From assembly GCA_965279375.1 (NCBI GenBank), contig OZ257156.1:3840001-3904000 (forward strand): DNA of 64,000 bases. Direction: 5' to 3'. Below are positions 53,255 to 63,504 of the stretch, one piece after another. This DNA is from Gemmatimonas sp. (lineage in GTDB: Bacteria; Gemmatimonadota; Gemmatimonadetes; Gemmatimonadales; Gemmatimonadaceae). The position numbers and the translations under genes are program-made. Within the stretch, counting starts at the first letter, position 1; each line of letters opens with the position of its first letter. The notes under the pieces are model-generated. The model was not told the DNA's origin, did not search any database, and was given only the letters and a program-made list of their open reading frames with translations.

Positions 53255-54961
53255 ATGGCGCCTTCCAGCAAATCGCCGACGTCGAAACACGGAACGCCCG
53301 AAATTGAGAGAACGCATGGATCGACTTCTCTTATCCTGTGGATGATCGCAGTAGGGCTGACGGTCGCAGTTTGCATCGTCTATCTACGCGCACAGGGCGC
53401 ACGCGAACTCATGCCGGACGAAGGGATTTACTCGTACGTCGGTTGGGCATGGACGCAGGGCGACGCGATTTTCAAGGACGCGTGGGAGCAGAAAGGGCCG
53501 ATCGTTTACGTCTTCCCGGCCCTCCGCATTCTGCTGGCCGGAAACGCACCTGAATGGGTCGGCTTCCAGGAAGTCGCGCTGGGCATGGTCACCGCACTTG
53601 CGGTCGCGGGCGCTGCGCGAGTGCTCTGGGGATCGACCGTCGCCTCCTTCGTATTTCTCTTCGCGACTGCGCTTTGGACGCAGCTTCCGCCGAATGGCGG
53701 CGGACTGATAAGCACGGCGGGCTCCGTCATTTCGATGCTCGAAGCGCTAGCCGTGTTGGTGCTCACGATCGGCGCCACTTCGAACAGTCCTCGCCGATCC
53801 ACCATCGCATTCACGCTCTTCGGCGCATTCGAAGCACTGCTATTCTGGTGCCGGCCGAATGCCATCGTGACGCTCGCGTTGTTGCCCTGCGTGCTGTTGT
53901 TCTCGCCGCGGCTGCGGGCGCGCTGGATTCACTCGTGTGTGGCTGCGTCAGCAGGTGCACTCTGCACGCTCGGACTCGTCGCGTGGTGGATGTACGTGCA
54001 GGATTCGCTCGACGCCCTGTTCGACATCTACTTCCGCTTCGGTCCGATTCGAGGTGCGTTGGCGATGGATGGCATCGGATTGCCGCGTGTCCTCGAGCGC
54101 ATGCTCACCGAGTATCGCCGCCTGTTTGTCATTCACGTGTTCGGTTTGCTGGCGCTCACATTCGCATGCTCCTTCGCACGCCAACCTGCCGACTCAGGAC
54201 GCGTCGGATCGCGCGAGCAGGAACGTCTTGCGCGGATCATCAGCGTATTCTGGGTTGCATTGGCGCTGCTTGGCTACGCGTCGAGCGGCGCCTTCAACCA
54301 TCACGCGTTGCCGTCGCTCGCGGCCCTGGCTTTCGCCGGTGGCTGGATCCTTCACAGCGCTTGGCACTTCACTGAGGGCAAGATCTCAATGCCACTCCGC
54401 GCGATTGCGCTTGGCGTGCTCACAGTTGCGATGGTCGGCCGTCCGCTGGCGCGAGCGTTAAGGCAACCGCGAGGCAATCCAGCGAAAACGGACTGGCGAC
54501 GAATCGCAGACTACGTTGTGCGCACCACGAGTCCGAACGATCGAATCCTGACGATCACCGGATTCGCCGGTCCGGCGATATTGACCACCTCTCAACGACT
54601 GAGCGCCGTCCCATGGACGTTCCCTATGCCGCTACACGCGCGCGGCTATGTGACGGACTCCATGTGGTTGCGCGTCGCAAGGGTTCTCGAAGGCCCGACC
54701 GCCGTGAAGACCGTGCTCGCTGATCTCATGTCCATTCCTCCCGCCGCGCCCGGCGATAGCACCATCGAGTGGACCCTACGCAATGTCGAACGAGGGCTTA
54801 TGCCGAGGTCCATGCAGGATAGCACGGTCTTCCCGAGCAAAGAGCGGGCGAAAGCGTTGCTCGTGCAGAACTACGAGATCACGCATTGCGACGCGAAGGT
54901 GTGCGTGCTCTCACGCCGCATGGCTCCGGCGCGTGCTGAGTCGAGAAGAGGAACACAGTAG
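53255..54961 (+). CDS. Polytopic membrane protein, probable GT-C (ArnT/PMT-like) glycosyltransferase
   Basis: PDEGIY...WEQKGP in the first loop (DE and D/E-x-K-x-P pattern of GT-C), many TM helices, and a soluble C-terminal domain. Confidence 0.7.
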   Translation: MAPSSKSPTSKHGTPEIERTHGSTSLILWMIAVGLTVAVCIVYLRAQGARELMPDEGIYSYVGWAWTQGDAIFKDAWEQKGPIVYVFPALRILLAGNAPEWVGFQEVALGMVTALAVAGAARVLWGSTVASFVFLFATALWTQLPPNGGGLISTAGSVISMLEALAVLVLTIGATSNSPRRSTIAFTLFGAFEALLFWCRPNAIVTLALLPCVLLFSPRLRARWIHSCVAASAGALCTLGLVAWWMYVQDSLDALFDIYFRFGPIRGALAMDGIGLPRVLERMLTEYRRLFVIHVFGLLALTFACSFARQPADSGRVGSREQERLARIISVFWVALALLGYASSGAFNHHALPSLAALAFAGGWILHSAWHFTEGKISMPLRAIALGVLTVAMVGRPLARALRQPRGNPAKTDWRRIADYVVRTTSPNDRILTITGFAGPAILTTSQRLSAVPWTFPMPLHARGYVTDSMWLRVARVLEGPTAVKTVLADLMSIPPAAPGDSTIEWTLRNVERGLMPRSMQDSTVFPSKERAKALLVQNYEITHCDAKVCVLSRRMAPARAESRRGTQ

Positions 54962-55001
54962 CGAGGCTATTCTCCAATCGGAGCGCTCACCCGCGGAGGC
55001 T

Positions 55002-56021
55002 TCAAGGAGTCTCGGCCTGCACCACAAAGGCCGGCCGGTTTTGCAGCATCTGGTATGCCCGGCCGATGTATATCCCGAGAATTCCGAGCACCGCGAACTG
55101 CACCGCGAATAGCAGAGCCACCAAGGCCGCAAGTGAGGCCCAGCCTGGAACCGTCCGTCCAGCAATGAACTCGAAGATCGCATAGACGACTTCGCCGACG
55201 GCGAGTACACCCGTCACCATCGCCATCAATATGCCAAGCTTGAGTGGCGCGCTCGAAAAGGACACGATGGAGCCCGCGGCCATTCGAGTCATTCGCCGGA
55301 GCGTGTACTTCGTTGTCCCTGAAAACCGACGCGCGACGTCAAATTCTATTGTCGTCGAGTTGAATCCAAGCCACTGCACCGTCCCTCTGAGGAACTGGTC
55401 AGGATTCCGGAAACTCAGGACCCGCGCAACCACGCTTGCGTCAAGCAGACGAAAGTCCGACATGCCGGCATACATCGGGACACCCGTCAGCACGGAGAAC
55501 GCGGAATAGAAGACCCGCGACGTCCACCGCTTGAACGCAGAGGTAACCACGGCATCCCGGCGCTTCGTCAGTACCACAAGACTTCCGTTGCGCCACGCAC
55601 GGACCATCTCATGGATGCACTCTGGCGGGTGCTGGAGATCTGCATCCATACTCACCACCGCGCGGCCGCGCGAATGCGCAAGCCCGGCGAGCAGTGCGCG
55701 CTGATGTCCGAAGTTTCGGGCGAGCCGAATGCCTCGGATATGTTGATCCTGTTGTGCCAGCTGCGAGATCACATGCCAGGAGTCGTCAGAGCTTCCGTCA
55801 TCGACGACGATCAGTTCAAAACATCGCACATCGCTGCTCTCCATTACTTGCAGCACACGATGCGCGAGTGCCGGCAGCCCTGCTTGCTCGTTGAAGGCCG
55901 GACAGACAATGCTCAGTTCCACCGCGTCACCCGCTCTACCGCTCTGCACACTCGGTGATGAGGACCGATGGTACTCGGGCCAAAGCGCGACTTCGCTGGA
56001 TGCGTCGACGTTTGCTGGCAT
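55002..56021 (-). CDS. GT2 polyprenol-phosphate glycosyltransferase (GtrB/ArnC-like)
   Basis: LSIVCPAFNE, VDDGSSD, RNFGHQ, MDADLQHPP, SDFRLLD, and two C-terminal TM helices. The start is uncertain. Confidence 0.9.
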   Translation of the reverse strand: MPANVDASSEVALWPEYHRSSSPSVQSGRAGDAVELSIVCPAFNEQAGLPALAHRVLQVMESSDVRCFELIVVDDGSSDDSWHVISQLAQQDQHIRGIRLARNFGHQRALLAGLAHSRGRAVVSMDADLQHPPECIHEMVRAWRNGSLVVLTKRRDAVVTSAFKRWTSRVFYSAFSVLTGVPMYAGMSDFRLLDASVVARVLSFRNPDQFLRGTVQWLGFNSTTIEFDVARRFSGTTKYTLRRMTRMAAGSIVSFSSAPLKLGILMAMVTGVLAVGEVVYAIFEFIAGRTVPGWASLAALVALLFAVQFAVLGILGIYIGRAYQMLQNRPAFVVQAETP

Positions 56022-56355
56022 GGTCGGCGATTGAGTATCAAAAATCGTGGAGGGGTGCTCACTGACGCGTCCCGACGGCGCACTCAACGAAGGCAAACCA
56101 CGATGCAGATCCCGCAATGAACCCATCTACAACATTTCTGAATCAACTCATGCCAGCGGTCCGTTGGGCTGTCTTCTGGTCCCAAACGCATCGCCACTCC
56201 CAATTGATCTACGCCGACTTCGGAGGTCGCGCCAGTCGCAAGCATGGCGCCGACGCGTCGAAGGTTCGTAGCTGAAGGGGTCGCTTGTCGGAGTTGTTCA
56301 TCGGCATATCTGTTGTCGTGAGTGCGACGAATCCGACAGGGTCGTTGGGAAACGC

Positions 56356-56388
56356 AAACGCCCCGCCGAGTGATCGGCGGGGCGTTTT
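56356..56388. terminator. Bidirectional Rho-independent terminator after ssrA
   Basis: AAACGCCCCGCCGA-GTGA-TCGGCGGGGCGTTTT. Confidence 0.88.
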
Positions 56389-56397
56389 GTCTGCTAG

Positions 56398-56755
56398 TGG
56401 AGGTGAGGGGAATCGAACCCCTGTCCGAGACTAGATCGACTTCAGCGTCTACGTGCGTATCCCATTGATTGAGGTCTCCGTCCGCTGGCCAACAGGAAGC
56501 CCACGGCCGAACAAGTCGACTAAGTTTTCGCCCCGCTGCGGTCGACGCACCGCAGGACTAGCCCAGATTTTCGATACCCGTCAAGCCGCCCCGGGCGGGC
56601 TTCCTGTCGGGCAGACGCCTACGTAACTCGAAAATTACGCGGCGAGCGCCAGGTTGTTGTTGGCGATTGTGATTTTCCCGAGTGTTTAGCCAGGTTCTCG
56701 AGTACCTGAGCACGCAACCAAAGCTTCACCAACCCCGTCGAAGCCAGTCACCCCC
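56398..56755 (-). ncRNA. ssrA: tmRNA (one-piece), tag peptide ANNNLALAA
   Basis: 5' GGGGGTGACTGGCTTCGAC and 3' GGGGTTCGATTCCCCTCACCTCCA. Internal GCC AAC AAC AAC CTG GCG CTC GCC GCG TAA at 56664-56635. Confidence 0.96.
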
Positions 56756-56870
56756 GACGTCTTGCCACTCGCCGCATCGCCAGACCCTGCGAGTAGTCTG
56801 CTACACCTGCAGCTGCAACCGCTCCCTACACTTAACGCACCAGCACAGTTCCGGCAACGGCACGCTCGCG

Positions 56871-57920
56871 CTACGCCGCCTCGCAGGTAAGCGACGAGAC
56901 GTCGGGATCGTCTGCCTGCGCACCACGCGCCACCAGCGCGTCGTACCCCTCGAGGTAGCGCGAGAAAATCCCCTCCACTTCGGCAAAGTCGCGCACCTGA
57001 TGGAGCTGCTTGCGCAGATCGGCCGAGTTGGGGAGCCCCTTCACGTACCATCCGAGATGCTTGCGGAACTCGAGCGCGGCACCGACGGCATCGACCTCGT
57101 ACTGCTGCACCATGCGTGCGTGATCGAGCGCGATCGCGAAGCGCTCCGCGACGCCCGGCGCCGCAGGCAGCGGCTCGCCCTGCAGGAGCGCCCGTGTCTG
57201 CCGAAAAATCCAGGGCTGCCCGTACGATCCGCGACCGATCATGATGCCGTCACAGCGCGTGTGCTCATACATACGGAGCGCGTCCTGCGCCGTCTTGATG
57301 TCGCCGTTGCCGAGCACGGGGATGTCGAGCGCCTCAGCCACGCGCGCGATCTCGTCCCAATTGGCGCTGCCGCTGTACATCTGCGTGCGCGTCCGAGCAT
57401 GCAACGCCAGCACACGTGCGCCGGCGTCCTGACACCGGAGAGCGATGCCCACCGGATCACGCATCTCCTCATTCCAGCCACTGCGAATCTTGCACGTCAC
57501 CGGGAGCGGCGTCGCCGCAGACACGGCACGAATGATCTGTTGAACCAGATCGAGGTCACGCAAACAGCCCGAGCCGCCATTCCGACGCACGACCTTCTTG
57601 ACCGGACAGCCGAAGTTGATATCGACGAAATCAGGCTGGAACAGGTCGGTGACCAGTGCGGCCGCCTCGGCCATGGCCGCGGGCTCTGCACCGAAGATCT
57701 GCACGCCAATGGGACGCTCTTCGGCACTGAAGCGCAGCTTGTCCACCGTCGCCGGATTCTCTCGACGAATGCCCTCGGCCGACAGGAATTCGGTCACGAC
57801 GACGTCGGCACCATGCTGATGGCAAAGTCGCCGGAACGGCGACTCCGACACGCCAGCCATGGGCGCGAGATAGACCGGGACCGCGTGCGGTACGTCGAAG
57901 GGGAACGCTTTGGCAGTCAT
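56871..57920 (-). CDS. dusB: tRNA-dihydrouridine synthase DusB
   Basis: LAPMAGV, VQIFG, DINFGCPVKKV, KIRSGW, GNGDI, MIGRG. Confidence 0.93.
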   Translation of the reverse strand: MTAKAFPFDVPHAVPVYLAPMAGVSESPFRRLCHQHGADVVVTEFLSAEGIRRENPATVDKLRFSAEERPIGVQIFGAEPAAMAEAAALVTDLFQPDFVDINFGCPVKKVVRRNGGSGCLRDLDLVQQIIRAVSAATPLPVTCKIRSGWNEEMRDPVGIALRCQDAGARVLALHARTRTQMYSGSANWDEIARVAEALDIPVLGNGDIKTAQDALRMYEHTRCDGIMIGRGSYGQPWIFRQTRALLQGEPLPAAPGVAERFAIALDHARMVQQYEVDAVGAALEFRKHLGWYVKGLPNSADLRKQLHQVRDFAEVEGIFSRYLEGYDALVARGAQADDPDVSSLTCEAA

Positions 57921-57967
57921 TGAGTTGGAACCTAGCAGCGCCCTCGGGACCGGGCAACGCGTCCGGT

Positions 57968-57995
57968 TTGACAGCGGCGGCTCCGGGGTTATCAT
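57968..57995 (+). promoter_or_regulatory. Sigma70-type promoter of the PTS EIIA gene (probably leaderless)
   Basis: TTGACA (57968-57973), 16-nt spacer, TATCAT (57990-57995), ATG at 58004. Confidence 0.65.
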
Positions 57996-58003
57996 CGAAG
58001 GCT

Positions 58004-58456
58004 ATGGAACTGCGAGAATTCTTTTCAGAAGATGCCGTCCAGCTCGAGCTTCAGGGCACGACCAAGGACGAAGTGCTCAAGGAACTCATCGGGCTGCTCA
58101 AGCTCGACGAGAAGTCCGAGGGCATGCTGTTCAAGATGCTCAAGCGCCGCGAGAATCTTGGTTCCACCGGCATCGGCCGTGGCATCGCGATTCCGCACTG
58201 CCGCTCGTTGGTCGTGAATCGTCTGCGTGTCGCCTTCGGCCGAAAGAAGGCCGGCGTGGACTTCAAGGCGATCGACGACAAGCCGGTGCACTTCTTCTTC
58301 CTGATCGTCGCCCCGCCGCTCGAGGTGTCGAATCAGTACTTGCCCGTACTCGGCAAGATCGCCCAGTTCAGCAAGGAATCCGACGTGCCGGGTCGTCTCC
58401 TGGAACTCACGTCGTCCGCTGAATTCATGGCGCTCCTCGAGGAAAAGCGCGTCTAA
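58004..58456 (+). CDS. PTS EIIA(Ntr)-like protein
   Basis: RENLGSTGIGRGIAIPHCR, VDFKAIDDKPVHFFFL. Start re-chosen at MELREFF. Confidence 0.9.
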   Translation: MELREFFSEDAVQLELQGTTKDEVLKELIGLLKLDEKSEGMLFKMLKRRENLGSTGIGRGIAIPHCRSLVVNRLRVAFGRKKAGVDFKAIDDKPVHFFFLIVAPPLEVSNQYLPVLGKIAQFSKESDVPGRLLELTSSAEFMALLEEKRV

Positions 58457-58478
58457 CCAGAGCTGGCAGCGCGTGGGG

Positions 58479-59837
58479 CTACTCCTGCTCCACGCGCACT
58501 CGCGAGAGGTTTCCGCGAAGTCGTTGTCGGGCGCGAAGCGATTGTAGAATGGACGCGGCCGCCAGGCCAGCTACGAGACCGAGCCAGAGGCCTCGCTCGC
58601 GCAGTGGCGTGCGAAAGCCCAGGTACGCGCCGAGCGGTACCCCGACGCCCCAGAACGACACCATGTGCAGGATCGCGGGCACGCGCGTATCGCCGGTGCC
58701 ACGCAGTACGCCGCCTGTCACGGCCTGCAGGCCGTCGAACACCTGGAACCAGCCCGCCAGCGGAATGAGTGCAACCGCTACCGCCACGGTCGCAGCATCG
58801 TTCGTGTAGCGCGTCGCGAGGAACTCCGGCACCGACAGGAACACGGCTGCGCTGAAACACATGAACCCCGTACCGCACACGATCGCTGCGAGTGCGTCGC
58901 GCCGTGCCGCTTCCATGTCGCCACGACCAATCGCGCGCCCGACGACAGCGCTGGCCGCACCGGCAATGCCAAGCGGCACCATGAACGTGAGCGCAGCCAT
59001 GTTGAGCGCGATCTCGTGCCCTGCGAGCGACGCGGTGCCCATCCACCCCATCAGCAGCGCCGTGAGGCCGAACGCGAAGCTCTCGAAGAACCACTGCACT
59101 CCGATCGGTGCACCAATGCGCACGGTGCGCACAATGGGCGCCCAGTGCAGCGTCTCTTTACGCCACGGCCGGAGCAGCGCATGAAACTGCCGCCACGACA
59201 ACGCCAACAGCGTGAGCGCCATGGCCCACATCGAAATCGCCGTCGCGAAACCTGATCCGGCCACGCCGAGTGCCGGAGCACCGAGGTTGCCGAAGATCAA
59301 CAGCCAATTGGCGGCAACGTTGATCACGTTCGCGATGATGACGGCGTAAACAACAGTCCGCACTCGCCCCATCGCCTGCAACGTCTGTCGCATGACGTTG
59401 AAGATCAGAAATGGCAGTACGCCGATCGCGCGCCGGCGCGTGTACGCGGCGGTATCGGGAATGACATCCTGCGGCTGTCGGAATAGCTCGAGCAGCGCCT
59501 CACCGGGCATGAGCGCGAGGGTGATGACGATGGCCAGTGCACACGCGATGACTACGCCACGCTGCACTGATCGCGCGACATCTTCCGTGTCGCCGGCTCC
59601 CACCGCCTGCGCAATCACCGGATCGAGGGCCAGGAGCAACCCGAGCCCGAACACGCTGGTGTTGAAGAAGTAGAGATTCCCCAACGCCACGGAGGCGATC
59701 GCGGCACCACCCAACTTCCCCACCATGATCGCGTCGACGACACCCATCGCCTGCATACCCACGTTCACGAACACGATCGGTGCAGCGAACCGCGCCATGT
59801 CGCGCAGGTCCGCGCCCCACGTGTTGGTACGACTCAA
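58479..59837 (-). CDS. MATE-family efflux transporter (NorM-like)
   Basis: VDAIMVGKLG, AQAVGA, FESFAF, FQVFDGLQ...GVLRG.GDT. Confidence 0.92.
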   Translation of the reverse strand: MSRTNTWGADLRDMARFAAPIVFVNVGMQAMGVVDAIMVGKLGGAAIASVALGNLYFFNTSVFGLGLLLALDPVIAQAVGAGDTEDVARSVQRGVVIACALAIVITLALMPGEALLELFRQPQDVIPDTAAYTRRRAIGVLPFLIFNVMRQTLQAMGRVRTVVYAVIIANVINVAANWLLIFGNLGAPALGVAGSGFATAISMWAMALTLLALSWRQFHALLRPWRKETLHWAPIVRTVRIGAPIGVQWFFESFAFGLTALLMGWMGTASLAGHEIALNMAALTFMVPLGIAGAASAVVGRAIGRGDMEAARRDALAAIVCGTGFMCFSAAVFLSVPEFLATRYTNDAATVAVAVALIPLAGWFQVFDGLQAVTGGVLRGTGDTRVPAILHMVSFWGVGVPLGAYLGFRTPLRERGLWLGLVAGLAAASILQSLRARQRLRGNLSRVRVEQE

Positions 59838-61402
59838 CGCGATGCCGCCCCCTTCGCGCGCGCCACGATCTCACGCGCCTCTCGCAGCATGCGCTGCGCG
59901 TCGAACGGGATGCCGTCCTTGATGGTCCACGCCACGCCGCCGCCCGTACCCGCGGCGGCATCCGCACGAGGCGGGTAGAAGACCTTGAGGTCCTCCAGCG
60001 GGTTGCCGTTCAGCACGATAAGGTCGGCGAGATAGCCGGGACGCACGCGCCCGAGTCGTGTGCCCTCGCCAAGAATCTGCGCGTTGTTGGCCGTCGCATG
60101 CTGCAGCACCTTGATCGGCTGGAAGCCGGCCTCCTGGTGCAACTCCAGCTCGCGAATGAGACCGAAGCCGTAGACCTGATAGATGAAGCCTGCGTCCTCG
60201 CCAACGCCGATCACACCGCCGAGCTTCTCGAAGTCGCGCACCGCCTGGAACCAGATGCGATAGTTCTCCTTCCAGTACGCCTCGTCGGTGCTGCTCCAGT
60301 TCGCGAAGTACGATCCGTGGTTAGAAGGGTCCGGCTTGAAGTACTTGTCGAGTGTCGGATGCAGGTACTCGCGGAACCACGGCTGCGACTCGGCGCGCTG
60401 CAAGTCGCGGCTCGCCTCGTAGATGTCGAGCGTCGGGTTCCAGGCGACGTTTCCCTTCACCATCGCCTTGAGCACCTCCTGCAGGCGCGTCGGATCGGCT
60501 TCGCGCCACAAGCGACCCGCCCACCGGAAGCGCATGCCCTCATCGGCGTAGTTGAAGTCCGACGGGAAGTGCTGCGCACCGTCGAGAATCGCCGCATCGG
60601 GCACACCGTACCAATGTTCGATGCTGGTGAGGCCGCCCGCTGCCGCGTCCCAGGCATTGGTCTCGTCCACCGCCATGTGGTGCGCGACACGGAGCCCCTG
60701 CTTCTTCGCTTCGTCGAGCACGGGCAGGTACGTGTCCTTGTCCATGCCGAACAGCTTGAGGCCGTCCACACCCATCGCCTTGAGATCGCGCACTCGTTGA
60801 CGCGCCTCGGCCTCGTTGCGCGGCACGGGCATGTAGGCGTAACGCGCGTACACGTAGATGCGCGGCGACGCGACTTCGCCGGACAGCGAACGTGCGCGCA
60901 GCTGCAGTGTCTTTGGCGTGTCGCTTGAGACATCGCGCACGCTGGTGATGCCCATGCCGAGCCACAGCTTGAGCTCGTAGTCGAGCGACTGCGGAAGGCC
61001 GGCGCGTTCATCCTGCACGTGCCCGTGAATGTTGATGAGTCCGGGCATGACGTACTTGCCGGTGGCATCGATTTCCACGTCACCCGCTGCCGGCCGACGC
61101 GCGGTACCATCCTTGGCAGCCACCGGATCGATGGCGACGATCTGCGTGATCTGATTCCCCTCGATCACGATGTCCTTCGGCCCTTCGGCGGGGGTACCGT
61201 TGCCCTCGATGACGAGCGCGCCGCGAATGACCATGCGTTTGGGCCGCACGCCATGCGCAGGCGCTGGCACACCGCGCACCACCGCCGGCGAGCGAGTCGG
61301 CGGCGTTACCGTCTGCGCCGTGAGCGAAGACCAAGGCGAGCAGAGCGTCACCGCGGCCATCGCGACGATCAACGAATCAATTCTGCGATTGCCTGACAGC
61401 AT
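59834..61402 (-). CDS. Secreted amidohydrolase-family protein
   Basis: Signal peptide, IDATGKYVMPGLINIHGH, G.VRPGYLADLIVL.GNPLED. Confidence 0.88.
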   Translation of the reverse strand: MLSGNRRIDSLIVAMAAVTLCSPWSSLTAQTVTPPTRSPAVVRGVPAPAHGVRPKRMVIRGALVIEGNGTPAEGPKDIVIEGNQITQIVAIDPVAAKDGTARRPAAGDVEIDATGKYVMPGLINIHGHVQDERAGLPQSLDYELKLWLGMGITSVRDVSSDTPKTLQLRARSLSGEVASPRIYVYARYAYMPVPRNEAEARQRVRDLKAMGVDGLKLFGMDKDTYLPVLDEAKKQGLRVAHHMAVDETNAWDAAAGGLTSIEHWYGVPDAAILDGAQHFPSDFNYADEGMRFRWAGRLWREADPTRLQEVLKAMVKGNVAWNPTLDIYEASRDLQRAESQPWFREYLHPTLDKYFKPDPSNHGSYFANWSSTDEAYWKENYRIWFQAVRDFEKLGGVIGVGEDAGFIYQVYGFGLIRELELHQEAGFQPIKVLQHATANNAQILGEGTRLGRVRPGYLADLIVLNGNPLEDLKVFYPPRADAAAGTGGGVAWTIKDGIPFDAQRMLREAREIVARAKGAASR

Positions 61403-61450
61403 GCGCGGATCTCCGTACGGCGAATATGTGAACGAGGCGAACCGGCGACG

Positions 61451-62992
61451 CTACTCCCACTCGATTGTCGCAGGGGGCTTCGAGCTGATGTCGTAGACGA
61501 CGCGATTGACGCCGTCCACTTCGTTGATGATGCGATTGGAGATGCGACCCAATACATCATGCGGGAACGCGAACCAATCCGCCGTCATGCCATCGGTGCT
61601 GGTGACGGCGCGCAACGCAATCACGTGCTCATACGTGCGTCCATCGCCCATCACACCAACAGAGCGCACCGGCAGAAAGACCGCGAAGGCCTGCCAGATG
61701 TCGGGATAGAGTCCCGCTGCGCGAATCTCTTCGAGGTAGATCGCATCGGCACGGCGCAGAATGTCGAGCGCGTACGGCGAGACCTCGCCGAGCACACGAA
61801 TAGCGAGGCCTGGTCCCGGGAATGGATGACGGCCCACCATCTCTTCGGGCAAGCCGAGTTCACGCCCCACGTTGCGCACTTCGTCCTTGAACAGTTCACG
61901 CAGCGGTTCGATCAGCGCAAACTTCATGTCTTTCGGCAGACCGCCCACGTTGTGGTGCGTCTTGATCGTCGCCGACGGGCCACCCGTCGCGCTCACAGAT
62001 TCGATCACATCGGGGTACAGCGTGCCCTGCACGAGGAACGACGCATCCTTCCCTGCCTCGGTGGACGCCTCCTCGAACACGCGAATGAAGTGCTCGCCGA
62101 TGATCTTGCGCTTGCGTTCCGGTTCGCCCACACCGGCGAGCGCATTGAGGAAACGATCCTCCGCGCGCACGGTGATGAGCTTGATGCCCAAGTGCATGCC
62201 CATCGTGCGCTCCACCTGCTCGCGCTCATGCAATCGCAGCAGTCCGGTATCGACGAAGATGCACGTGAGCTGATCACCGATGGCCTTGTGCACCAGCGCC
62301 GCGGCCACGCTCGAATCAACGCCACCAGAGAGTCCGCAGATCACTTGCTTGTCGCCAACGAGTTCGCGTATGCGCGCGACTTCGAGATCAATGAAGTGAC
62401 CGGCCGTCCAGTCGGGCGTACAATGGCAAACGCCGTAGACGAAGTTCTGGATGATGTCCGCGCCGCGCGCCGTATGGGCGACTTCGGCGTGGAACTGCAC
62501 CGCGTGGATGGGACGCGTCTCGTGACGGAAACCCGCGCACGTGGTGCCACTGTGCGCCGTTGCGACGTACCCGGGCGGCACCTGCTCCACGTGATCACCG
62601 TGGCTCATCCAAACCGTGGTCTTCTCGCCTGCGTCGAAGCCGGCGAACATCCCCGCCGGCTCATCGACCGTGACTTCTGCGCGCCCGTATTCTCGGCGAC
62701 CGCCGCCGACCACCGCGCCGCCCTCGAGATGTGCGATGAGCTGCATGCCGTAACACACGCCCAGCACCGGCGCGATGTCGAGTAGATCAGGCGACACCGT
62801 TGGCGCACCTTCGTCGGTCACGGAACTGGGTCCGCCTGACAGAATGATGCCGTCCGGCTTCCAGGCGCGAATCCACTCCAGCGACTTGGTCGGCGAGTGA
62901 ATCTCCGAGAATACGCGCGCCTCCCGGACGCGGCGAGCGATGAGCTGCGTGAACTGCGATCCGCAGTCGAGAATCAAAATACGGCTGCCCAT
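61451..62992 (-). CDS. guaA: GMP synthase (glutamine-hydrolysing)
   Basis: [45 protein letters not shown]. Confidence 0.97.
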   Translation of the reverse strand: MGSRILILDCGSQFTQLIARRVREARVFSEIHSPTKSLEWIRAWKPDGIILSGGPSSVTDEGAPTVSPDLLDIAPVLGVCYGMQLIAHLEGGAVVGGGRREYGRAEVTVDEPAGMFAGFDAGEKTTVWMSHGDHVEQVPPGYVATAHSGTTCAGFRHETRPIHAVQFHAEVAHTARGADIIQNFVYGVCHCTPDWTAGHFIDLEVARIRELVGDKQVICGLSGGVDSSVAAALVHKAIGDQLTCIFVDTGLLRLHEREQVERTMGMHLGIKLITVRAEDRFLNALAGVGEPERKRKIIGEHFIRVFEEASTEAGKDASFLVQGTLYPDVIESVSATGGPSATIKTHHNVGGLPKDMKFALIEPLRELFKDEVRNVGRELGLPEEMVGRHPFPGPGLAIRVLGEVSPYALDILRRADAIYLEEIRAAGLYPDIWQAFAVFLPVRSVGVMGDGRTYEHVIALRAVTSTDGMTADWFAFPHDVLGRISNRIINEVDGVNRVVYDISSKPPATIEWE

Positions 62993-63504
62993 CAGAACTT
63001 CCACTCCGGTCCGGAGAGTTTGAGGAACTCGATTGCTTTCGTCTCGAGATCGAGGATCGCGCCGGTAGGCGCCCCGTGCAGCCACCCGCACCCTTCGCCG
63101 GGATTCACCAGCAGCGAGTCACCGCGCGACTTCATCTCCGGCACGTGCGTCATGCCGTGCACGATCACTTCATGACCATCGATCGAGCGCTGATGCACAT
63201 CGCCTAGATCATGAATGAGCAACACCGACTTTCCGCCGAGGTCGAAGCTATGCGGCGATTCGTAGAGCTCAGCGGCGCCGAATCCAGCCTTCGCCGCGGC
63301 CTGCAACGCATCGCGATCGCCGTCGTTGCGACCGAAGACGCCGAGCACTGGAAGCGAGAGATCGTGAAACGGCTGCAGCGAGAAGGGCGAGCAGAAGTCG
63401 CCCGCGTGCATCACCAACGAGACGCCGCCCGCCAGCATTTGCTCGAGCAGCGCGCGGACCGCAGGCACGCGGTCATGAGTATCCGACAGCAAACCGATGC
63501 GCAT
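62992..63504 (-). CDS. YfcE-family metallophosphoesterase
   Basis: SDTHD, HAGD, GRND, NPGE. Confidence 0.88.
   Translation of the reverse strand: MRIGLLSDTHDRVPAVRALLEQMLAGGVSLVMHAGDFCSPFSLQPFHDLSLPVLGVFGRNDGDRDALQAAAKAGFGAAELYESPHSFDLGGKSVLLIHDLGDVHQRSIDGHEVIVHGMTHVPEMKSRGDSLLVNPGEGCGWLHGAPTGAILDLETKAIEFLKLSGPEWKF

Noticed and set aside
53068..53376. 102-aa minus-strand ORF
   Set aside because: It overlaps the GT-C gene start on the opposite strand and has no recognisable motif. A gene remnant cannot be excluded.
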